Below are positions 10,243-21,911 of a stretch of 64,000 bases of DNA, piece by piece. Each line of letters begins with the position of its first letter. Within the stretch, counting starts at the first letter, position 1. Below the pieces are notes generated by a model that was not told the origin of the DNA, did no database searches, and worked only from the letters and a program-made list of their open reading frames with translations. The position numbers and the translations under genes were made by a program. This DNA is from an uncultured Thermoleophilia bacterium (lineage in GTDB: Bacteria > Actinomycetota > Thermoleophilia > UBA2241), in the NCBI GenBank assembly GCA_963702475.1, contig CAVPCT010000005.1, positions 960,001 to 1,024,000 on the forward strand, read 5' to 3'.

Positions 10243-12225
10243 ATGAGCGAACCACCGCGTGCGATCGACACCGCGCTCTTCGACGCGGACACCGCCGCGT
10301 CCGACGACTTCTACCGTCATGTGAACGGCGGCTGGATCGACGTCAACCCCGTCCCGCCGGAGTACGGCTCCTGGGGCGCCGGTCAGATCGTCCACGCCCG
10401 TAACCAGGAGGTGCTGCAACAGCTGCTGAAGGACGCGGCGGCGCGCACGGAGCCCCGCGACTCGGCCGGCCAGATGGTGGGCGACTACTTCGCCGCCGCC
10501 ATGGACGAGGCGGCGATCGCCGCCGCCGGGGTGGAGCCGCTGGCGCCGTACCTGGCGCGCATCGACCGCGCCTCGTCCGTCGCCGACGTGCGCGACATCC
10601 TGCGCGACCTGCAGCGCTGCGGGGTGGACCCGCTCCACTCGCTGGGCATCGCGCCCGACTTCGAGGATCCGGGCGCGTACCTCGTCTACGTCGGCCAGGG
10701 CGGTCTGGGTCTCCCCGAGCGCGACTACTACACGCGCGACGACGAGCAGTCGGCCAAGCTTCGCGAGCAGTACGTCGCCCACGTGGCCAGGCAGCTGGGC
10801 AGCCTCGGCGACACCGGCGCGCACACGCACGACACCGGCGTGCGCGCGCACGAGGCCGCCGCGCGCATCCTCGCCTTCGAGACGCGCCTGGCCGAAGCGT
10901 CGTACACCGCCGCACAGCTGCGCGACGTGCAGCTCACCCTGAACCGGTACGACGTGGCCGCGCTGGACGAGCTCATGCCGGCCTTCGGCCTGCGCGGGTA
11001 CGTCGTGGACCTCGGCGTCACGTCGGACACGGTCAGCGTGGACAACCCGGGCTTCTTCCGGGCCCTCGACGCCACCCTCACCGAGACGCCGATCGAGACG
11101 CTGAGGGACTACCTCCGCTGGCACGTGATCAGGGCGTCCGCGCCGGCCCTCGCGCCCACGTTCGAAGACGAGGCGTTCGACTTCTACGGCCGCACGCTCG
11201 GCGGGCAGAAGGAGATGCAGCCCCGCTGGAAGCGCGTGCTCAACGCCGCCTCCGTGGACGTCGGCGAGCTGGTGGCGCAGCTGTACGTCAAGGCCGCGTT
11301 CTCGGAGGAGGCCAAGAAGCGCTGCGAGGAGATGGTCGACCACCTGCTGTCGGCGATGGGGCAGGCGATCCGGAGCGCCGGGTGGATGACGGAGACCACC
11401 CGGGCGGAGGCTCTCCGCAAGCTCGAGGGCTTCACCTACAAGATCGGCTTTCCGGACGAGTGGCGCGATTACACCGGTCTCGTCATCGAGCGGGCGACCT
11501 ACGTCGAGAACCGCATGCGCTGTGCGTCGTTCGAGTTCGCCCGGCAGATGGGCCGGCTCGGCGAACCGGTCGACAGGGGCGAGTGGGCCATGCCCGCCCA
11601 CGTGGTGAACGCCTACTACCACCCGCTGCTGAACGAGATCGTCTTCCCCGCCGGCATCCTGCAGCCGCCGTTCTTCTCCACGGACGCCGACGACGCCGTG
11701 AACTACGGCGCCATCGGCGCGGTCATCGGGCACGAGATCACGCATGGGTTCGACGACCAGGGCAGCCACTTCGATGCGCGCGGCCAGCTGCGCGATTGGT
11801 GGACCGAGGAGGATCGCAGCGAGTTCATGCGGCGCGCGCAGGTGCTCGTGGACCAGTTCGACGAGTACGCCGTCTTCGACGGCCTGCACGTGAACGGCCG
11901 CCTCACGCTGGGCGAGAACATCGCCGACTTCGGCGGCCTGAAGATCGCCTACGCCGCCCTGCGCGAGGCGCTCGCCGGCAGAGACACCGCGCCCATCGAC
12001 GGCTTCAGCCCCGAGCAGCGTTTCTTCCTCTCGTGGGCGACGGTGTGGCGCACGAGCTACACGGACGAGTACCTGCGGCTGATCGTCACCACGGACCCGC
12101 ACTCGCCGGCCCGGGCGCGCGTGAACGGTCCGCTGGCCAACCTCCCGGCGTTCGCCGCGGCGTTCGCGATCGCCCACGGGTCGCCCATGGTGCGCGGCGA
12201 GGAGGAGCGCGCGCTCATCTGGTGA
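10243..12225 (+). CDS. M13 family zinc metalloendopeptidase (PepO/Zmp1-like)
   Basis: DDFYRHVNG, VNAYY, HEITH, GENIAD, DPHSP. Confidence 0.95.
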   Translation: MSEPPRAIDTALFDADTAASDDFYRHVNGGWIDVNPVPPEYGSWGAGQIVHARNQEVLQQLLKDAAARTEPRDSAGQMVGDYFAAAMDEAAIAAAGVEPLAPYLARIDRASSVADVRDILRDLQRCGVDPLHSLGIAPDFEDPGAYLVYVGQGGLGLPERDYYTRDDEQSAKLREQYVAHVARQLGSLGDTGAHTHDTGVRAHEAAARILAFETRLAEASYTAAQLRDVQLTLNRYDVAALDELMPAFGLRGYVVDLGVTSDTVSVDNPGFFRALDATLTETPIETLRDYLRWHVIRASAPALAPTFEDEAFDFYGRTLGGQKEMQPRWKRVLNAASVDVGELVAQLYVKAAFSEEAKKRCEEMVDHLLSAMGQAIRSAGWMTETTRAEALRKLEGFTYKIGFPDEWRDYTGLVIERATYVENRMRCASFEFARQMGRLGEPVDRGEWAMPAHVVNAYYHPLLNEIVFPAGILQPPFFSTDADDAVNYGAIGAVIGHEITHGFDDQGSHFDARGQLRDWWTEEDRSEFMRRAQVLVDQFDEYAVFDGLHVNGRLTLGENIADFGGLKIAYAALREALAGRDTAPIDGFSPEQRFFLSWATVWRTSYTDEYLRLIVTTDPHSPARARVNGPLANLPAFAAAFAIAHGSPMVRGEEERALIW

Positions 12226-12286
12226 ACGCCGGCGTCACGTCCACGCCGGGTGGCTCACGGACCTCGAAGCCAGAAAGGAGGCATGC

Positions 12287-13438
12287 TTGCCGTACGGATA
12301 CGCCTTCGCTGTGCTCATCGTCGCGTGGGTCACCGCATGGGCGGTCGCACCCCACCGTCCGCGGGGGCCTCGCCCCTTCGCGCCGAGCTTCTGGTTCAGC
12401 GTCGCAGTCAACGAGCTGCCCTTCCTGGCCATCGCGTGGCTGGTCGTGAACACGCTGACGGCCGCAGTCGACGGGTCGCTCGATTCGCCGGGTGGGTACG
12501 CGGTCGTCGGTGTGGCAGCACTCACTTGTGGTGGATTGGCCGTGATCGCGCGGCGAGGTTGGAACGCGGGAGCCGAGGTGCCGCGAGCGCTGCACGACCA
12601 GGGCATCGCACCGCCGGATCCGATCCGGGACAGCGCCGGACGCCCGTCGCTGGTCCGCCTGATCGTGTGGCCGTTCAGCGTCCGGCCGCGCGGCGTGCGT
12701 CGAGTCAGGAACATCGACTACGGCGAGCACAGCCCGGCGACCCGGCTGGATCTCTACCTCCCCAAGCCCCGGGCGGGCCCGGCCCCGGTGCTCGTCTACT
12801 TCCACGGAGGGGGGTTCTACGGTGGGAGCAAGTCCTGGGGGGCCAGGCCGCTGTTCTATCGACTCGCGGCATCCGGGTGGGTCTGTGCCAGTGCGGACTA
12901 CCGGCTCGCGCCGCGAGCGTCGTATGCCGACGCGCTGGCCGACGCACGCCAAGCTGTCGAGTGGGTCCGTCAGCACGCCGCCGAGCACGGAGCCGATCCT
13001 GAGCGCATGTTCCTCGCGGGCAGCTCCGCCGGTGCTCATCTGGCGTCGGTCCTGGCGCTGGTCGGCCACGACTCGACGACCACCGGGCGGCCGACGCCGG
13101 ACGTGCGCGGCGTGGTGACGCTCTACGGGTACTACGGGCGGGTCAGCAATCCGCACGGCCCGAGCTCGCCCTTCGATCTGATCGGGCCGCAGGCACCGCC
13201 GTTTCTCGTCGTGCACGGCGACAACGACTCATTGATCCCGGTCGAGACGGCTCGTGACTTTGCGCGGCGGCTCGCGGCCGCGTCCGCCGGACCCACGGCG
13301 TTCGTGGAGCTCGGCGGCGCGGAGCACTCCTTCGGCCTGTTCGACTCGATCCGGTTCCGCGCCGTGATCGACGGGGTCGAGGCGTTCTTACGCACTATCG
13401 ACCACGACGCACGACACGACCGCCGCACTGACGACTGA
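12287..13438 (+). CDS. Membrane-anchored HSL-family esterase/lipase
   Basis: N-terminal TMs, HGGG, GSSAG, HGDND, H. Confidence 0.88.
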   Translation: MPYGYAFAVLIVAWVTAWAVAPHRPRGPRPFAPSFWFSVAVNELPFLAIAWLVVNTLTAAVDGSLDSPGGYAVVGVAALTCGGLAVIARRGWNAGAEVPRALHDQGIAPPDPIRDSAGRPSLVRLIVWPFSVRPRGVRRVRNIDYGEHSPATRLDLYLPKPRAGPAPVLVYFHGGGFYGGSKSWGARPLFYRLAASGWVCASADYRLAPRASYADALADARQAVEWVRQHAAEHGADPERMFLAGSSAGAHLASVLALVGHDSTTTGRPTPDVRGVVTLYGYYGRVSNPHGPSSPFDLIGPQAPPFLVVHGDNDSLIPVETARDFARRLAAASAGPTAFVELGGAEHSFGLFDSIRFRAVIDGVEAFLRTIDHDARHDRRTDD

Positions 13439-13499
13439 CGGATGGCGCAGCGCGCCCGGGCGGCGACTTCATCCGTGCTGTCGGCACCAGCCCCCGCCG

Positions 13500-14093
13500 T
13501 CAGCGCCCGAGCTGACTCCCCCCATCGCCGCCGCCGTCTCCACGTACAGGGATCAGGATCTCGTTGCGTCGCAGGAACCAGGGGGTGAACGGCGGGTTGT
13601 AGCGAGCCCAGACCGGGTCGCCGGCGATGAGCAGTCCTCTGCTGCGCACCCACGATTCCAGCTTCATCTTGTGAGTGAGGTAGCTGCTCTCGGTCCAGAG
13701 GCCGGAGTACCGCATCGCGGCCATCTGCCGAGCTGGGACCTGTCGCACTGTGACCTGCGGATCCGCAGGCTCGGGAAGAGTCTCCAGAGCATAGGAGGCC
13801 GGCATCGTGAAACTGACGACCCACCTGTCTTGAGCGGGTTGCTGCCCCACCGGGGCCGTCATCGCGATCTTCTCGCCCGTCGGCTCCTGGGAGACCGGCG
13901 CCGTCATCGCCACCTTGTGCCGCGACCGGTTGCCGCCTGAGATATACCGAAAGAGCCGGCTGAATGCCTGGTTGCCGGCCCGTTCGAAGGACCCGGCGAC
14001 GACGGTCTCGGCTACGACATGGGGAGCGTAGTCGCGGATCTCGAACTCGCCGTCCCTGTGCACCACGGTGTAGGTTGCCTCTTCGATCGCCAC
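13500..14093 (-). CDS. SOUL family heme-binding protein
   Basis: FEIRDY, LFRYISG, IAMTAPV, ARYNPPFTPWFLRRNEI. Confidence 0.92.
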   Translation of the reverse strand: MAIEEATYTVVHRDGEFEIRDYAPHVVAETVVAGSFERAGNQAFSRLFRYISGGNRSRHKVAMTAPVSQEPTGEKIAMTAPVGQQPAQDRWVVSFTMPASYALETLPEPADPQVTVRQVPARQMAAMRYSGLWTESSYLTHKMKLESWVRSRGLLIAGDPVWARYNPPFTPWFLRRNEILIPVRGDGGGDGGSQLGR

Positions 14094-14237
14094 GCGCGAG
14101 TCCTACCCAGCGGCTGCGGGAACCAGTCGTCAGGCGACGCGGGGAGGCCGCAGGACTGCGGGTCCGTGGGCGCCTTGCCCGACCGACGGGCCGAGGCCTG
14201 ACGAGCCCCCGTCCGGCGGTGGCGCAGGAGGCCGGCG

Positions 14238-14774
14238 TCAGACGACAGGCGCCGGCTCTGGAGTCGACTCGGCAAGCTCTGGACGGTCCGCGCGGATGCT
14301 GCCCAGCACATCATCCAGAAAGGCAACGGCCTCGACCTCGCCGAGATCGCGAGAGTACATGAACTCGCTGGAGAGGATCCGTTTGGCCTGGGTGAACACC
14401 TGCTTCTCGCCGACGGGAAGATCCTTGGCGGCGTTGCGGATGGCGAGGTTGCGCACCACTTCGGCGACCTCGAAGATGTCGCCGGTCTTGAGCTTGTCGC
14501 GGTTGTGCCGGTAGCGATGGCTCCAGCCCTTGGGCATGGCGGTGGGCTCGCCGCGCAGCACCTCGAGCACCTCGTCGACGACGTCGGCCGCGACGACCCT
14601 GCGCAGACCCGCGCGATCGGCGTTCTCCACGGGCACCATGACGGTCATGCTGTTGTGAAGGATCTGGATCGTGAGGTAGTCGCGCTGCCTGCCGAGGACC
14701 TCTTTGGGCTCGATCCTCGTGATCTTGCCGGCACCGTGATGCGGGCAGACGACCTTGTCCCCTACTGAATACAT
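14238..14774 (-). CDS. carD: CarD family RNA polymerase-binding transcription factor
   Basis: MYSVGDKVVCPHHGAG, W..RY...DKLKTGDIFEVAEVVRNL. Confidence 0.9.
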   Translation of the reverse strand: MYSVGDKVVCPHHGAGKITRIEPKEVLGRQRDYLTIQILHNSMTVMVPVENADRAGLRRVVAADVVDEVLEVLRGEPTAMPKGWSHRYRHNRDKLKTGDIFEVAEVVRNLAIRNAAKDLPVGEKQVFTQAKRILSSEFMYSRDLGEVEAVAFLDDVLGSIRADRPELAESTPEPAPVV

Positions 14775-14981
14775 CGTCTCAACTCCCTTGCTGCCTGCTG
14801 GGCGCCCTAGGCTCGGCCTGCGATGGCACGCCCTCATGACAGAGGGAGGCGACGACCCCCCGCACGCGGTGTGGTGAAGGGCACGTGCGACGGTCTTCTG
14901 TGTGTCATTGTAGTGGAAACGTGCGCGTGATGCATGCTGAGCCGACGCTCGGGCGGCCGTCGGCGACGGAGCCCGGCCGCG

Positions 14982-15830
14982 CTACCGCGCCCCGCCAGGT
15001 CCGCCGGCGTCGCGCGGCCGGCTCGCCTCCAAGGCCCCCACGAAGGCCACAAGGTCGGCGGCGACGCGCGCTGCGTCTTCCCAGTAGAAGGCATGGCCGC
15101 CGCCCTCGTAGACCAGAAGCCGTGCACCTCGGATGCCCCTCGCGAGGGCTTCTTGCTCGCTTCGCGGCAGGATGGCGTCCCGGTCGCCCCAGACCACCAG
15201 CGTCGGCGCAGTGATGTCCCCGACCTGGAACGAGAGATCGTCCTCGAGTAAGGCCGCCATCGTCGCCTTCCACACGAACGCCGGCGCCTTCAGGCTCTCT
15301 TGGACCAAGGCCTCGACCTCGGCCTCCGGCAAGGGCCGCACGACGATCGACGCGATGAAGTCGCGCACGAAGCCGGGGTCGATGGGATCCTCCAGCAGCG
15401 AGAGCGTCGAGTCCCACGCCTCGCGCACGGCGGGCTTGTCGCTCAGCCTCAGAGGTGAGCCGAGGAGCACGAGGCCGAGGATGCGCTCGGGGCGATCAAG
15501 GGCAAGCCGCAAGGCGACCTGCCCGCCGCTGGAGGCCCCGACGACGACGGCCGCCTCGATGCGCAGGGCGTCCATGGCCTCCGCGAGGTCAGCGGCGAAG
15601 TCGGCCGACCGATAGCCGGACTCCGGGCGGCTGGCGTCGCCGTGACCGCGCAGCGTGGGGGCGACGGCGTGGACGGAGTCGGGCAGGTGCGCGAGCAGCG
15701 CCTCAAAGGCGCGCCCCGAGTCGCCCACGGCGTGCACGAGCAGGACCGTGCGCGCCGTCGGATCGCCCTGCTCGATGTAGGGCATCCGCACCCCGTTGGC
15801 CAACTCGACCGCGGCCAAGGTGCGCCTCAT
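14982..15830 (-). CDS. Alpha/beta hydrolase
   Basis: ATG at 15830; LRGHG, GASSG, WGDRD, GGH. Confidence 0.88.
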   Translation of the reverse strand: MRRTLAAVELANGVRMPYIEQGDPTARTVLLVHAVGDSGRAFEALLAHLPDSVHAVAPTLRGHGDASRPESGYRSADFAADLAEAMDALRIEAAVVVGASSGGQVALRLALDRPERILGLVLLGSPLRLSDKPAVREAWDSTLSLLEDPIDPGFVRDFIASIVVRPLPEAEVEALVQESLKAPAFVWKATMAALLEDDLSFQVGDITAPTLVVWGDRDAILPRSEQEALARGIRGARLLVYEGGGHAFYWEDAARVAADLVAFVGALEASRPRDAGGPGGAR

Positions 15831-16132
15831 GGTGACCGCCTCGCTCGACACGGACGTATAGACGCTGTCCAGTCTTCCCCGCTCGGCCCTGAAGCCTGCA
15901 TGCCTGAAGCAGGTCCTGGAGCGAACGGCGGGGGGCATCGTGATCTCTCCGGCTCCGGCGGCGTCCCCCCGCAGGGGCAGGCCGCCGGCGCCCGCGTCCC
16001 TCGCACGGTCGAGCCCAGGTTCCCCCCGCCGGGAGACGACCGGCGGCCGGGGCGGCCGTAGACTCCCCCCAGGTCGACGCCTGCGCGCGGGACGCTGGAG
16101 CGACATGACGGCGAATGCATCGGGGAGGCACC

Positions 16133-17105
16133 GTGAAGGCGGCAGTGCACACTGACTACGGCTCACCAGAGGTCCTGAAGACTCGAGGACGTCGACACGC
16201 CGGTCGTCAAGGACGACGAGGTGCTCGTGCGCGTGCGCGCCGCCGCCGTGAACCCTCCCGACTGGGCCGGCGTCCACGGCGTGCCGTACATCGTCCGCCT
16301 GGCCTTCGGGCTGCGCCGGCCGAAGCTCTGCATCCGCGGCACCGACATGGCGGGGGTCGTCGCTGCCGTGGGCACGAACGTGACGAGTCTGAGCGTCGGG
16401 GACGAGGTCTTCGGCCGCGGCGTCGGCACGTTCGCCGAGTACGCCGTGGCTCCGGAGGAACTCCTCGCACCCAAGCCGGCCGGCATCACGTTCGAGCAGG
16501 CGGCGGGCGTTCCGATGTCCGGTCTCACCGCCCTCCAGGCGCTGCGTGATTCGGGCGGCATCCGGCCGGGGCAGAAGGTCCTGATCGTCGGCGCAGGAGG
16601 AGGGGTCGGCACCTTCGCGGTGCAGATCGCCAAGTCGTTCGGCGCCGAGGTGACCGGCGTGTGCAGCGCGTCGAAGCTGGATCTCGTGCGGGCGATCGGC
16701 GCCGACCACGTCATCGACTACGCGGTGGAGGACTTCACCACAGGCGAGAAGCGCTTCGACCTCGTGCTCGACAACGTGCTGCAGCACTCGCTGTCCGAGC
16801 TTCTGCGCGTGCTGAACCGGGGCGGGACGCTCGTGCCCAACGGCGGCCAGTTCCACAAGCGCTGGTTCGCCAGTACCGGGGTCCTCCTCATCAAGGCGCC
16901 GCTGCTCTCGCTGGTCGTGCCGCAGCGGATCCGCGTCTGCCACGAGCACCCGGGGCAGAGCGACCTGCTGGTCCTGAAGGAGCTCGTGGAATCCGGCAAG
17001 CTGACGCCGGTCGTCGGCAGGGAGTACCCCTTGAGCCGGGTCCGCGCGGCGATCTCCTCCTTCGGGGAGGGGCACGCCGAGGGCAAGATCGTCATCACCA
17101 TGTGA
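16133..17105 (+). CDS. NAD(P)-dependent MDR-family oxidoreductase; +1 frameshift near 16181
   Basis: VKAAVHTDYGSPEVLK / LEDVDTP..VNPPDW, GAGGGVG, GKIVI. Confidence 0.88.
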
Positions 17106-17130
17106 GACGGGGCATCCTTCCCCGCGTGTG

Positions 17131-17470
17131 TCAGTCGCTCGCGCCCTGGACCGACCTGTCCCCTTGCGTGAGATGAGCGATGAGGATGTACACGCTCACC
17201 ATCAAGACCCAGGCCGGGAGGATCATCACGACCCAGATAGACTGCGACACGACGAACAGCAGGACCAGGGCGACACCGTAGGTCGGCAGTGCCATCCGCC
17301 GAGGCATCACGCTGGTGCGTAGCCACAGCGTAGCCTGGGAGATCAGGAAGTCCGCCGCCATCCGCAGCGCGTGGGCACGGCGATGAACCACAGGAAGAAC
17401 AGCCCGGCGAACGGTATGAGGGCGATCGCGAACTTGAAGCGCCCCGCGCCGGTGTCGAGCCATGCGCCGG
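17131..17470 (-). pseudogene. Internally deleted membrane protein remnant
   Basis: Two hydrophobic pieces in different frames (LIPFAGLFFLWFIAV; ALRMAADFLIS..PAWVLMVSVYIL); no start. Confidence 0.5.
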
Positions 17471-17725
17471 ATCTCGCGTAGCACCTCTTGGATCGCCGCG
17501 TCGAGCTCCGCGTCCGGCATGCCGTCGAGGCCGCTGCGACCACGACCCTGGGATCGTGGCGACCGGCCGGCGTGGTGCGGAGCTCCGCCTCTCTACGCTC
17601 CACGAGCGCCTTGCTGACCAGCTCGCGCGAGCGTCGCTCGCGGCGCAGTCCTCCGCCGGGTACGCCGCCCCGCGCGGCCCGGCACCTGCCCGCGAGCCAT
17701 CGCGTCGCCCGTCCTGGGCGCCGCT

Positions 17726-19215
<1,490 letters not shown>

Positions 19216-19304
19216 GACGGACCTCTCTTCGGTCGACAGCAGTGCACCGACCCGGCGCGCGCCTGAGTCACGCCGACTGTATAGAGGTGATCAGCGGGCC
19301 ACAA

Positions 19305-19655
19305 TGCCACAGCAGCGCTTGTACTTCCTGCCGCTGCCGCGGGGCACGGGTCGTTGCGGCCGGTCGTGCGGGCCTCCGCGGCGAGGATCGCCATGACCTC
19401 GCGCGCCTCGCCGCCGCGGGAGAGCACGTCGGCCGGGCGCATGCGCCGCTCGGTGTGCACGAAGGACTCCTTGAGCCCACCGCACAGCCAGTTCAGCCCG
19501 GGCTCGCCACCGGGCGTCACCAGGATGCGGTTCTCGGGGCACTCGCCGTGGCAGGCGAAGAGGAACTCGCAGGCGCGACAGAACGCCGGCAGCGTGTCCT
19601 GCTTGGCCCGCCCGAAGGCGCGCTGCCGCTCGGAGCGCACCAGCTCGCCGACCGA
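19305..19655 (-). pseudogene. 3' remnant of an anaerobic sulfatase maturase (SPASM end plus SEC-C)
   Basis: Near-identical to 39305-39660: GELVRSERQ.AFGRAKQ.TLPAFCRAC..CHGECP..GRNDPCP.GSG.KYKRCCG. Confidence 0.85.
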
Positions 19656-19805
19656 CCGGGCTGCGGGCGTGGAGTCGATCATCTGGGAGGCATGGGGCTC
19701 AGCAGACATCGTCCGGCGCACATCGACTGGGCGGACGGCTGAGGAAGCCCCGAGCGCTATCGACGCCCCGGAGAGCTCGAAGTGCGCCGGCATCCGGCGG
19801 CTCCT

Positions 19806-20855
19806 TCAGCGCGCCGCCGGCGGGAAGATCGCCTCGTTCTCGTCCAGGTCCCCGTCCACCTTCGGCGCGCCAGACACCACGAGCACCGCGCCGGCGAACG
19901 TGATCAGCACGCCGGCGACGAGCTGGACGGTCGGGTGCAACCCGGTGAGGACGATGGAGAAGACGATCGCCCACACGGCGTAGAGCGAGTTGATCGGCAT
20001 GGCGCGGCTGGCGCCCACGAGGTGGTTGGCGGCGTAGTACGTGAGGTAGGAGGCGGCGCCGGCTACGGCGGCGCCCAGGACGAGCCACAGGCTGGTGCTC
20101 CGGAACGCGGCGGCGAAGACGCCGAGACCGCCGGCCAGCGGCAGCACGACGACGAGGTAGATCACAGCCGAGGTCGCCATGCGCAGCGTGCCGGCCACCA
20201 CCGGTTCCACGGCCTTCATCGCATGGATGGCCAGGACCCCCTCGACCCCCCAACCCACGGTGGCGACGGCGGCGAGGCCGATGCCGAGGTAGAAGTGCGG
20301 CATGTCACCGGCGGGGGGCGTGTACGTGGCGATCACGGCGCCCGTGACGGTCACGGCGATGCCCAGCCAGCCGCGACGCGAGACGTGCTCGCGCAGGAAG
20401 ATACGGGAGAGGACTGCGCCGACGGCGGGATACGTGGCGCTGAGCGCCAGGGCGTACGCCGCGCCCGCGTACTTGATGCCGAACAGATAGCCCGACATGG
20501 CGATCGGGCCGCCGATGACGGCGGCGGCGCAGAGGATCAGCCCCTGTCTGGTGGCGAGGCTGCGCGGCAGCTGGCGCAAGCGCCCGGTGGCCGCGTTGAA
20601 GGCCACCATCCAGCCGGTCGCGAGGACGTCGTGCAGGGCGGCCGCGGCGAGAGGAGCGACCAGCGCGGCCGCGCCCAGGAACGGCGCCATCGCGAGAGCC
20701 ACACCGAGCACGACGCCGTCGGCTCCCCAGCACACGCCCGAGAGCAGCGCCCAGGCGAGGCCCGAGCGGCGATAGGTGTGCGGCACCGCCGTCGAGGTCG
20801 CGCCGGCGGGCGAGGCGGCGCCCGCGGGCGACTCCGCCTGGTCGACGACGGACAT
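19806..20855 (-). CDS. DMT/EamA transporter, LicB (choline permease)-like
   Basis: About 10 TMs; LLSGVCWG, HD, GGPIAM, SATYPA, WGVEGVL, SYLTYY, INSLYAVW match recalled LicB motifs. The ATG overlaps the activase stop (TGATG). Confidence 0.8.
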   Translation of the reverse strand: MSVVDQAESPAGAASPAGATSTAVPHTYRRSGLAWALLSGVCWGADGVVLGVALAMAPFLGAAALVAPLAAAALHDVLATGWMVAFNAATGRLRQLPRSLATRQGLILCAAAVIGGPIAMSGYLFGIKYAGAAYALALSATYPAVGAVLSRIFLREHVSRRGWLGIAVTVTGAVIATYTPPAGDMPHFYLGIGLAAVATVGWGVEGVLAIHAMKAVEPVVAGTLRMATSAVIYLVVVLPLAGGLGVFAAAFRSTSLWLVLGAAVAGAASYLTYYAANHLVGASRAMPINSLYAVWAIVFSIVLTGLHPTVQLVAGVLITFAGAVLVVSGAPKVDGDLDENEAIFPPAAR

Positions 20856-21904
20856 CACCCGAGCCCCTGTACGGCGCGGCACTCGACGCCGGCGGCGCGG
20901 CGGGTCACGTCCGCCGCCACGGCGGCGAGCCGTTCGGGCTCAGGGCGCTCCAGCGCCGGCGGCGCCAGGTCCAGGGCGGCGTACTTGTGCGCGCCGAGCG
21001 CGTGGCAGGGCAGCAGGTCGACGCGGCGGATGCGCGGGTGGCCGGCGACGAACGCCGCGAGCGCCTCCAAGCTGTCGCGGTCGTCGTTCGCCCCCGGGAC
21101 CACGGGTACGCGGACCGTCACGTCGGCGCCAGTCTCAAGCAGCCTCTCGAGGTTCTCGATGATCGACTCGTTGCCCAGGCCGGTCAGCTCCTCGTGCCTC
21201 TTCGAGTCGAGCGCTTTGAGGTCGTAGAGGAAGAGGTCGGTGAGCTGCGCCGCCTCGCGCAGGTCGTCCCAGCGCGCCTGCCCGCAGGTCTCCACGGCGG
21301 TGTGGTAGCCCCAGCGGCGGCAGCGCCGCAGGCACTCGAGCAGGAAGGCGGGCTGCGCGAGCGGCTCCCCGCCGGAGAAGGTGACGCCCCCGCCGGACCG
21401 CCGGAAGAAGGGGGCGTCACGCCGGACCTCGGCCATGAGCCCATCGGCGGTCACCTCGCGGCCCATGAGGCGCCGCGCCCCGCGCGAGCACGCGGCGGCG
21501 CACACGCCGCAGGCGGCGCACAGTCGGCGGTCGGTGCGCACGCGGCCTTCGTCCGTGCGCACGGCGCCGCGTGGGCAGGCCTCGACGCAGCGGCCGCAGC
21601 CGGCGCAGAGGCTCTCGAACCAGGCGATCTGCGGACCCGGCTGCTGCGACTCCGGGTTGGCGCACCAGACGCAGTGGAGCGGGCAGCCCTTGAAGAACAC
21701 GACGGTGCGGATGCCGGGGCCGTCGTGCAGCGAGAACCGCTGCACGTCGAAGACCCGGCCGCGCGTTCCCGGCGCGGCCGCATCCGCCGCGCCGGCGTCC
21801 GCCGCGCGGGACTCGGCCGCGCCCGTCACACCCGGGTCTTCCACGCGCGACCTCCCGTCGATTCCCGCCGCAGGCTCGGAGTGGAGCGGTGGCCCGAAAG
21901 GCAC
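20855..21904 (-). CDS. Glycyl radical enzyme activating enzyme (radical SAM with ferredoxin insert)
   Basis: HDGPGIRTVVFFKGCPLHCVWCANPE, two CxxCxxCxxxC motifs, GGVTFSGGEP. Confidence 0.95.
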   Translation of the reverse strand: MPFGPPLHSEPAAGIDGRSRVEDPGVTGAAESRAADAGAADAAAPGTRGRVFDVQRFSLHDGPGIRTVVFFKGCPLHCVWCANPESQQPGPQIAWFESLCAGCGRCVEACPRGAVRTDEGRVRTDRRLCAACGVCAAACSRGARRLMGREVTADGLMAEVRRDAPFFRRSGGGVTFSGGEPLAQPAFLLECLRRCRRWGYHTAVETCGQARWDDLREAAQLTDLFLYDLKALDSKRHEELTGLGNESIIENLERLLETGADVTVRVPVVPGANDDRDSLEALAAFVAGHPRIRRVDLLPCHALGAHKYAALDLAPPALERPEPERLAAVAADVTRRAAGVECRAVQGLG

Positions 21905-21911
21905 ACCGCTC

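Noticed and set aside
14982-17075. 697-aa ORF suggesting a long hydrolase
   Set aside because: Only 14982..15830 is hydrolase; the rest is antisense to the MDR gene.
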